Shown piece after piece: positions 1 through 5,675 of a stretch of 6,473 nucleotides of DNA. Position 1 is the first letter of the stretch; each line of letters starts with the position of its first letter. The notes under the pieces are model-generated. The model had not been told where the DNA came from. It ran no database searches and saw only the letters and a list, made by a program, of their open reading frames with translations. This DNA is from a virus (taxonomy: Duplodnaviria > Heunggongvirae > Uroviricota > Caudoviricetes), in the IMG/VR virus record IMGVR_UViG_3300029841_000297, one strand, 5' to 3'. A program made the translations under genes and the position numbers.

Positions 1-93
1 GCTGAAAATCTGTCCGCTCTGGAGCAGGATATCACCAGGCTGGAAAAAGCAGCGGCATTAAGCATTGCCAGAATGATTACATACCCGCGTTAA
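1..93 (+). CDS. 3' end of a gene of unknown function (5' part lies outside the window)
   Basis: Open frame 1 from the window edge (...AENLSALEQDITRLEKAAALSIARMITYPR*) ending in tandem stops TAA TAG at 91..96. The next gene starts 22 bp downstream on the same strand. Confidence 0.4.
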   Translation, partial: AENLSALEQDITRLEKAAALSIARMITYPR

Positions 94-115
94 TAGCTAA
101 CCAACGAGGCTAATA

Positions 116-454
116 ATGGAATTTAAAGATTTACCTCCTTCAATCCAGGAGATTGCAGCACACACACTTCGTCATCGTCTGAACGAACTTGAATTGGAAT
201 CGGTAACAAAAAAAGACACTGATAATATGGCTCGCAATGTGCGCGATGCGTTTACTGGGCTGTTTTCAGATACAGCTTTAAATATCCATGGCACAGAGGA
301 TACAGCAAAACAATTTGCAGAAAAAGAAGTGGAAGATCCCAGTTCAAAGAGCCAGAAACAGCCAAACAACCATGAAATTAACGAACTGCTTCTGGCAACA
401 GGCTTCATAAATATTAACGAATATGAACGCCGTAAAAAAATGTTATCTGATTAA
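116..454 (+). CDS. Hypothetical phage protein, 112 aa, charged and hydrophilic; function unknown
   Basis: ATG at 116 preceded by GAGG at 106..109 (6-nt spacing); uninterrupted 112-codon frame; no motif I can recognise. Confidence 0.6.
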   Translation: MEFKDLPPSIQEIAAHTLRHRLNELELESVTKKDTDNMARNVRDAFTGLFSDTALNIHGTEDTAKQFAEKEVEDPSSKSQKQPNNHEINELLLATGFININEYERRKKMLSD

Positions 455-637
455 TCCATCAAGATATCTTTTTAGCATCAGCGTTTCTACGTTATTAAAA
501 CCATCAGATTTTAACATAGCTTCGATTCGCTGATTTAAATTGCCAACTAACTGTTGATACTGAGTAGATGGAAGCATGTGTACCAGCTCCTTGAGAACAC
601 AATAACATGCACCAAGTTTTAACTCCTGCTCTGACAT
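443..637 (-). CDS. Hypothetical small protein, 64 aa (MSEQELKLGACYCVLKELVHMLPSTQYQQLVGNLNQRIEAMLKSDGFNNVETLMLKRYLDGLIR), likely helical; opposite orientation to the rest of the operon
   Basis: ATG at 637..635 preceded on the minus strand by GGAGG at 7-nt spacing. The longer 443..709 frame in the ORF track begins at a GTG with no ribosome-binding site. Its 3' end overlaps the 116..454 gene by 12 bp. Confidence 0.55.
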   Translation of the reverse strand: MSEQELKLGACYCVLKELVHMLPSTQYQQLVGNLNQRIEAMLKSDGFNNVETLMLKRYLDGLIR

Positions 638-1212
638 TTTATCCTCCATTGAGGTTACTGGTTGAGAATGGAGACCTCTCGTGACAGCGTGTGGTCGTGC
701 GCCGGACACGGATAAGAATCCGGCACTGACAGTTTACTGAAAGGATATTTCCCTGAAAAGTCAGACCATAACGCGAAAGCGTACGGCGAGGTAGCTGGTT
801 CATAGATAGCCTGTCGTTAAATTTTCGTCGACCGTGCGCTTCCGGTTGTGGCAATCCGCGAAATGGCGCGGCGGTAAGTATGGCGGGGTTATTCCTTCCC
901 CCGTTGAGGACACCGGGTTGTCAGGTTGACCATACGCTTAAGTGACAACCCCGCTGCAACGCCCTCTGTTATCAATTTTCTGGTGACGTTTGGCGGTATC
1001 AGTTTTACTCCGTGACTGCTCTGCCGCCCTTTTTAAAGTGAATTTTGTGATGCGGTGAATGCGGCTGAGCGCACGCGGAACAGTTAAAGCAGTAAGGCGG
1101 TCTTTTACTGGCGTAACGAGCATCAACTAACCCGGCGTTAATTGTTAACTGGTTAACGTCACCTGGAGGCACCAGGCACTGCATCACAAAATTCATTGTT
1201 GAGGACGCGATA
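638..1212. promoter_or_regulatory. ~575-bp ORF-poor region with multiple perfect hairpins: candidate structured ncRNA and/or promoter-operator region for the flanking divergent genes
   Basis: No + strand ORF longer than ~23 codons. Perfect inverted repeats at 701..724 (6 bp), 771..782 (ACGC-GAAA-GCGT, GNRA-type tetraloop), 915..951 (9 bp stem, 19-nt loop) and 1162..1176; imperfect palindrome with two GTTAAC hexamers at 1136..1158. GC is about 52% against about 40% in neighbouring phage genes. Confidence 0.3.
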
Positions 1213-1401
1213 ATGGAAACGTTATTACCAAACGTTAATACGTCTGAAGGTTGTTTTGAAATTGGTGTCACTATCAGTAACCCTGTATTTACTGAAGATG
1301 CCATTAACAAGAGAAAACACGAACGGGAGTTATTAAATAAAATATGCATTCTTTCAATGCTGGCCCGTTTACGTCCGATACAAAAAGGATGTGCACAATG
1401 A
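1213..1401 (+). CDS. Hypothetical small protein, 62 aa
   Basis: ATG at 1213 preceded by GAGGA at 1201..1205 (7-nt spacing); its stop overlaps the next start in an ATGA junction (1398..1401). Confidence 0.45.
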   Translation: METLLPNVNTSEGCFEIGVTISNPVFTEDAINKRKHERELLNKICILSMLARLRPIQKGCAQ

Positions 1402-1589
1402 ATACAGCATTTGCACTTGTTCTGACAGTTTTTCTTGTTTCCGGAGAGCCAGTTGATATTGCAGTCAGTGTTCACAGGACAATGCAGGAGTGTGTGACTG
1501 CAGCAACCGAACAGAAAATTCCCGGTAACTGTTACCCGGTCGATAAAGTTATTCACCAGGATAATAACGAAATCCCGGCAGGTCTTTAA
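1398..1589 (+). CDS. Small protein, 63 aa, with an N-terminal hydrophobic segment (MNTAFALVLTVFLVSG: signal peptide or membrane anchor) and two Cys residues; probably exported or membrane-associated
   Basis: ATG at 1398 with AAAGGA at 1384..1389 (8-nt spacing). The ORF-track frame 1344..1589 shares this frame but its upstream start has no ribosome-binding site. Translationally coupled to the preceding ORF. Confidence 0.55.
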   Translation: MNTAFALVLTVFLVSGEPVDIAVSVHRTMQECVTAATEQKIPGNCYPVDKVIHQDNNEIPAGL

Positions 1590-1681
1590 AACAGTTCCGT
1601 AATAAATATCCGGTTTCATTCTTATATGCCAGCAATGGCAGGGATTTGTTCACCCTTAAATCTGTAATGAGGTAAAACAAA

Positions 1682-4153
1682 ATGAGTAAAGTCTTTATTT
1701 GCGCCGCCATTCCGGACGAACAGGCAATAAAGGAAGAAGGTGCCGTCGCTGTAGCCACTGCCATTGAAGCCGGTGATGAACGTCGCGCCCGCGCAAAATT
1801 TCACTGGCAATTCCTGGAACATTATCCGGCTGCTCAGGACTGCGCTTATAAATTTCTTGTCTGCGAGGATAAACCCGGTATACCCCGCCCTGCCCTCGAT
1901 TCCTGGGATGCTGAATATATGCAGGAAAACCGCTGGGATGAGGCGTCTGCTTCCTTTGTCCCGGTTGAGACTGAATCAGATCCGATGAACGTCACTTTTG
2001 ACAAGCTGGCCCCTGAAGTACAGAACGCTGTCATGGTTAAGTTCGACACATGTGAAAACATCACCGTTGATATGGTGATTAGCGCGCAGGAACTGTTGCA
2101 GGAAGACATGGCAACATTCGACGGACATATCGTTGAAGCGTTGATGAAAATGCCAGAAGTTAACGCCATGTATCCGGAGCTTAAGCTGCATGCCATCGGG
2201 TGGGTTAAGCATAAATGTAAGCCTGGTGCCAAATGGCCCGAAATTCAGGCAGAGATGCGCATCTGGAAAAAACGTCGCGAAGGTGAACGCAAGGAAGCCG
2301 GAAAATACACGTCTGTTGTTGATCTCGCCCGCGCCAGAGCCAATCAACAGCACACTGAAAATTCAACAGGAAAAATCAACCCGGTCATTGCTGCCATTCA
2401 TCGCGAATACAAGCAGACATGGAAAACACTGGATGACGAACTGGCCTACGCTCTCTGGCCTGGTGATGTGGATGCCGGAAACATTGACGGCAGCATCCAT
2501 CGCTGGGCAAAAAATGAAGTTATCGACAACGACCGCGAAGACTGGAAGCGTATCTCGGCATCAATGCGCAAACAGCCTGATGCCCTTCGCTACGACCGCC
2601 AGACTATTTTTGGCCTTGTCCGTGAACGTCCGATCGACATTCACAAAGACCCTGTGGCACTGAACAAATACATTACTGAATACCTGACTACAAAGGGCGT
2701 GTTTGAAGATGAAGGAACAAATCAGAGCGCAACTGATACTCTCTCGTCGCCAGTACCAGAAACTGATGCAGTGGAAACGGCAATTCCGGACAACGAAAAA
2801 ACCGAATGCAAAGTGGAAGTCGAACCATCTGTAGAACGTGAGGGGCCGTTCTACTTCCTCTTCACCGACAAGGATGGCGAAAAATACGGTCGCGCAAACA
2901 AACTTTCTGGTCTGGATAAGGCGCTGTCTGCTGGGGCTACTGAAATCACGAAAGAAGAATATTTCGCCCGCAAAAACGGTACATACTCAGGTTCACAACA
3001 AAATACTGGTGCATCTGACACGACCGCACAACCAGGGTCAGTAAAAGTTACCGCTGACGAAGTAAACAAAATTATGCAGGCAGCCAATATCAGCCAGCCT
3101 GACGCCGATGAACTGCTTGCAGTATCACGTGGTGAATTTGTTGAAGGGATTAGCGACCCGAATGATCCGAAATGGGTTAAGGGGAACCAGACCCGCGATT
3201 CTGTGAACCAGAACCAGCAAGAAACGGAACAGAACGACCAGAAAGCGGAACAAAACAGCCCAAATGCGTTACAAAACGAGCCAGAAACGAAACAGCCTGA
3301 ATCAGTGGCGCAACAGGAAGTGGAAAAAGTCTGCACCGCCTGCGGTCAGACCGGCGGCGGCAACTGCCCTGATTGTGGCGCGGTAATGGGCGACGCAACA
3401 TACCAGGAAACATTCGATGAAGAGTATCAGCCTGAAGTTCAGGAAGATGATCCGGAGGAAATGGAAGGCGCTGAACATCCACACAAGGAGAACACTGGCG
3501 GCAATCAGCATCACGATAGCGATAATGAAACTGGCGAGACGGCAGATCACTCAATTAAGGTGAACGGTCATCAAGAAATCACATCCACCAGCAGGACGTG
3601 TGACCATCTAATGATCGACCTTGAAACCATGGGAAAAAATCCTGATGCCCCGATCATCTCAATAGGTGCAATATTTTTCGATCCGCAAACCGGAGATATG
3701 GGACCGGAATTTAGTAAGACTATCGATCTGGAAACTGCTGGCGGGGTCATTGATCGGGACACCATTAAATGGTGGCTTAAGCAATCACGCGAAGCGCAAT
3801 CTGCCATTATGACCGATGAAATCCCGTTAGATGATGCACTGTTACAATTGCGGGAATTTATCGACGAAAACTCCGGTGAATTTTTTGTTCAGGTTTGGGG
3901 AAATGGAGCCAACTTCGACAACACGATTTTGCGCCGTTCATACGAACGGCAGGGGATCCCCTGCCCGTGGCGTTACTACAACGATCGCGATGTACGCACA
4001 ATCGTTGAGCTGGGGAAAGCCATAGACTTCGATGCCAGAACGGCTATTCCATTCGAAGGTGAGCGCCATAATGCACTTGATGACGCTCGTTACCAGGCAA
4101 AATACGTTTCAGCTATCTGGCAAAAACTGATCCCGAGTCAGGCTGATTTTTAA
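1682..4153 (+). CDS. Large phage exonuclease, 823 aa: RecE (exodeoxyribonuclease VIII)-like N-terminal and middle region, acidic/Q-rich linkers, a CxxC-x10-CxxC zinc-ribbon-like motif, and a C-terminal DEDDh (DnaQ/RNase T-like) 3'-5' exonuclease domain
   Basis: GAGG at 1669..1672 about 9 nt before ATG 1682; 823-codon frame. C-terminal domain (about nt 3599..4150) carries exo motif I MIDLETMG (D at 3617..3619, E at 3623..3625), motif II WGNGANFDN and motif III HNALDDARY (H at 4067..4069), the DEDDh pattern. The segment LLAVSRGEFVEGISDPNDPKWVKGNQTRD matches what I recall of Rac RecE (from memory, unverified). Cys cluster CTACGQTGGGNCPDCG at 3332..3376. Confidence 0.8.
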   Translation: MSKVFICAAIPDEQAIKEEGAVAVATAIEAGDERRARAKFHWQFLEHYPAAQDCAYKFLVCEDKPGIPRPALDSWDAEYMQENRWDEASASFVPVETESDPMNVTFDKLAPEVQNAVMVKFDTCENITVDMVISAQELLQEDMATFDGHIVEALMKMPEVNAMYPELKLHAIGWVKHKCKPGAKWPEIQAEMRIWKKRREGERKEAGKYTSVVDLARARANQQHTENSTGKINPVIAAIHREYKQTWKTLDDELAYALWPGDVDAGNIDGSIHRWAKNEVIDNDREDWKRISASMRKQPDALRYDRQTIFGLVRERPIDIHKDPVALNKYITEYLTTKGVFEDEGTNQSATDTLSSPVPETDAVETAIPDNEKTECKVEVEPSVEREGPFYFLFTDKDGEKYGRANKLSGLDKALSAGATEITKEEYFARKNGTYSGSQQNTGASDTTAQPGSVKVTADEVNKIMQAANISQPDADELLAVSRGEFVEGISDPNDPKWVKGNQTRDSVNQNQQETEQNDQKAEQNSPNALQNEPETKQPESVAQQEVEKVCTACGQTGGGNCPDCGAVMGDATYQETFDEEYQPEVQEDDPEEMEGAEHPHKENTGGNQHHDSDNETGETADHSIKVNGHQEITSTSRTCDHLMIDLETMGKNPDAPIISIGAIFFDPQTGDMGPEFSKTIDLETAGGVIDRDTIKWWLKQSREAQSAIMTDEIPLDDALLQLREFIDENSGEFFVQVWGNGANFDNTILRRSYERQGIPCPWRYYNDRDVRTIVELGKAIDFDARTAIPFEGERHNALDDARYQAKYVSAIWQKLIPSQADF
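3599..4150 (+). other. DEDDh 3'-5' exonuclease domain within the 823-aa protein
   Basis: Motifs D-x-E, D and H-x4-D in the canonical order and spacing of DnaQ-like/RNase T-like exonucleases. Confidence 0.7.
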
Positions 4154-4211
4154 TGTTCAACCCTAATTGCCGCTAACCGTATATAGTTAGCGGCGGTTAT
4201 GAGATATAGCT

Positions 4212-4415
4212 ATGAGCAGCTTATTTTTAACCGAAGATGAATTGCTAATATTAACGGGCTGCAAATATGCAAGCCACCAGCGAAAATGGTTAATGGAAAA
4301 CGGGCTTCCGTTCTATACCAATCGTAGTGGCAAACCGATTGTCAGCCGGGATCTATTTACCTGCAATAAAACTTTACCACCACGCGAGGTAGAGCCGAAT
4401 TTTGGTGCGATCTGA
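4212..4415 (+). CDS. xis: Excisionase-like small DNA-binding protein, 67 aa (DUF4224-type, found immediately upstream of prophage integrases)
   Basis: Position directly upstream of int, with its stop overlapping the int start (ATGA-type junction at 4413..4417). The pattern LTxxELxxLTGxKxxxxQxxWLxxNGLPF is typical of this family (recalled). Confidence 0.7.
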   Translation: MSSLFLTEDELLILTGCKYASHQRKWLMENGLPFYTNRSGKPIVSRDLFTCNKTLPPREVEPNFGAI

Positions 4416-5440
4416 TGGGAAGACGAAGGAAAAATCCTGAACACGAAAAATTACCTCCAAATGTATACCCAAATAAATATAGTTATGTATGGAAACCAAC
4501 ATCCAGAGAATCTGTCACACTAACCGCCATCAAGGATGGTTTAGCTGCTTTATGGAAAAAGTATGAGGAAACTGTAAATAATCGCGATCGTGCAATGACA
4601 TTCGGTCGCTTGTGGGAAAAATTCCTCGCCAGCGCCTGTTACAGTGACCTTAGTCCAAGAACACAAAAAGATTATCTGCAACATCAAAAAAAGTTGCTTG
4701 CCGTATTCGGTAAGGTACCAGCGGATTCCATAAAACCAGAACACATCCGTCGATACATGGACAAAAGAGGGGAGCAGAGTAAAACGCAAGCCAACCATGA
4801 AAAAAGCAGTATGTCCCGTGTTTACAGTTGGGGGTATGAGCGAGGGTACGTCAAGGCTAACCCATGTGCAGGTGTAAGTAAATTCAAGGCCAAAAACCGC
4901 GAACGATATGTAACCGACAAAGAATACCAGGCAGTATTAAGCGTTGCACCTCTTCCTGTTTTTATCGCAATGGAAATTGCCTATCTGTGTGCAGCGAGGG
5001 TTTCCGATGTGTTATCGCTGAAATGGGAACAGATTGGAAACGACGGGATATTCATCCAGCAAGGGAAAACCGGAAAAAAACAGATAAAAGCATGGAGTCC
5101 ACGATTACAGGCAGCGATCGAAAAAGCAAAACAGTTACCAAAATCTGCCTATGTGATCAGCAATCAATACGGCAACCGATATATGTACAAAGGCTTTAAC
5201 GAAATGTGGGTAGAAGCAAGAAATCGTGCTGGAAAAATTTCAGGTATTTTAACCGACTTCACCTTTCATGATCTGAAGGCGAAAGGAATTTCAGACTATG
5301 AAGGAAGCAGCCGGGATAAGCAACTTTTCTCTGGTCACAAAACCGAAGGGCAAGTGCTAATCTATGACAGGAAGGTTAAAGTTTCACCAACACTTGATGT
5401 CCCGTTACCTGAAAATATTCCAAGAAAATATTCCAAGTAA
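4415..5440 (+). CDS. int: Lambda-family tyrosine integrase, 341 aa, with N-terminal arm-binding domain
   Basis: N-terminus MGRRRKNPEHEKLPPNVY resembles lambda Int MGRRRSHERRDLPPNLY. Catalytic-region matches: AARVSDVLSLKWEQI (Arg I), QQGKTG (Lys), FHDLK (box II), GHKTEGQVLIYDR (His and Tyr nucleophile) versus lambda RVGDLCEMKWSDI / SKTG / FHELR / GHKSDTMASQYRDD. Lies next to a tRNA gene. Confidence 0.93.
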   Translation: MGRRRKNPEHEKLPPNVYPNKYSYVWKPTSRESVTLTAIKDGLAALWKKYEETVNNRDRAMTFGRLWEKFLASACYSDLSPRTQKDYLQHQKKLLAVFGKVPADSIKPEHIRRYMDKRGEQSKTQANHEKSSMSRVYSWGYERGYVKANPCAGVSKFKAKNRERYVTDKEYQAVLSVAPLPVFIAMEIAYLCAARVSDVLSLKWEQIGNDGIFIQQGKTGKKQIKAWSPRLQAAIEKAKQLPKSAYVISNQYGNRYMYKGFNEMWVEARNRAGKISGILTDFTFHDLKAKGISDYEGSSRDKQLFSGHKTEGQVLIYDRKVKVSPTLDVPLPENIPRKYSK

Positions 5441-5447
5441 TTCCAAG
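5414..5447. repeat. Direct repeats AAATATTCCAAG x2 (5413..5424, 5426..5437) plus a third TTCCAAG (5441..5447) spanning the int stop codon; candidate arm-type integrase binding sites
   Basis: Perfect 12-bp direct repeat at 13-bp period and a third heptamer copy 10 bp on, about 45 bp from the tRNA 3' end. Confidence 0.35.
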
Positions 5448-5492
5448 TGTGATTTTTGTCACTGACTTAATGATGTGTAAGTGATTGAATTT

Positions 5493-5540
5493 TGGCGGAG
5501 AGAGGGGGATTTGAACCCCCGGTGGAGTTGCCCCCACTCC
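5493..5540. other. Probable att core / prophage-host junction overlapping the 3' portion of tRNA-Ser (attL in lambda convention); extent approximate
   Basis: The integrase is transcribed toward the tRNA and ends 52 bp from its 3' end. Tyrosine-integrase prophages at tRNA genes carry a core identical to the tRNA 3' segment. The second copy needed to delimit it is outside the window. Confidence 0.45.
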
Positions 5541-5582
5541 GGTTTTCGAGACCGGTCCGTTCAGCCGCTCCGGCATCTCTCC
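5493..5582 (-). tRNA. serU: tRNA-Ser (anticodon CGA), 90 nt, class II tRNA with long variable arm
   Basis: Reverse complement reads GGAGAGATGCCGGAGCGGCTGAACGGACCGGTCTCGAAAACCGGAGTGGGGGCAACTCCACCGGGGGTTCAAATCCCCCTCTCTCCGCCA: 7-bp acceptor stem, anticodon loop CU-CGA-AA, T-loop GGTTCAAAT, 3' GCCA. Adjacent to mtfA as in E. coli (recalled gene order). Confidence 0.95.
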
Positions 5583-5675
5583 GTTCAGATGGTTGCCATG
5601 ATGCCAGGAAATTTGGCATTTTAACAGTCCCTGTCCGTGCAATTTTGTTCAAGTGACGAGTTTGCGAGCAAAACG
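5583..5675. promoter_or_regulatory. Divergent intergenic region expected to carry the tRNA-Ser and mtfA promoters
   Basis: Lies between the 5' ends of the two divergent genes. On the minus strand a TAAAAT -10-like hexamer (5619..5624) sits upstream of the tRNA; hairpin ATGCCA-GGAAATT-TGGCAT at 5601..5619. No clear -35. Confidence 0.3.

Larger units (their letters stand above)
1..5540. mobile_element. Integrase-proximal end of a lambdoid-type prophage inserted at tRNA-Ser; the left boundary lies outside the window and the right boundary falls inside the 3' part of the tRNA (exact crossover not determinable here)
   Basis: Gene order exonuclease - xis-like - lambda-family int - tRNA, all transcribed toward the tRNA as in the lambda pL-att arrangement. 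Phage genes are AT-richer than the flanking mtfA. Confidence 0.8.

Noticed and set aside
172-408. 78-aa minus-strand ORF inside the 116..454 gene
   Set aside because: Fully antisense to a + strand ORF with a good ribosome-binding site; Ser/Phe-rich low-complexity translation.
639-1126. Two Arg-rich minus-strand ORFs (639..854 and 938..1126) inside the ORF-poor region
   Set aside because: Both begin at non-ATG or poorly supported starts and have the Arg/Cys-rich composition expected from reading GC-rich non-coding sequence. The 938..1126 frame (internal ATG at 1123) cannot be fully excluded as a small basic protein, so the region is reported as non-coding with a caveat.
638-1212. Retron msr/msd or group II intron RNA as an explanation for the structured region
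   Set aside because: No reverse transcriptase or intron-encoded protein in the window, and I could not find the long flanking inverted repeats (a1/a2) or a domain V-like motif; kept only as a generic structured-RNA candidate.
1005-1619. 204-aa minus-strand ORF spanning the structured region and both small + strand genes
   Set aside because: Cys-rich, low-complexity translation with no ribosome-binding site; antisense to two + strand ORFs that have good translation signals. Most likely a chance open frame.
1846-4025. Multiple 60-160-aa ORFs on both strands inside the 823-aa exonuclease gene (e.g. 1846..2232 -, 1976..2353 -, 2190..2663 +, 2851..3336 -, 3177..3554 -, 3571..3807 -, 3831..4025 +)
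   Set aside because: All are embedded in or antisense to a long, well-supported reading frame with recognisable catalytic motifs; their translations are low-complexity with no start signals.
4550-5199. ORFs 4550..4798 (-) and 4987..5199 (+) within the integrase gene
   Set aside because: Overlap the integrase frame, which carries clear family motifs; no independent support.
5376-5652. Minus-strand ORFs 5376..5642 and 5467..5652 overlapping the tRNA
   Set aside because: They read through the tRNA-Ser gene; translation is Gly/Pro-rich junk produced by the tRNA sequence.
5637-5675. Upstream GTG-initiated extension of mtfA ([13 protein letters not shown]...)
   Set aside because: MtfA as I recall it is 265 aa starting MIKWPWK at ATG 5676; the extension would run into the divergent tRNA promoter region.
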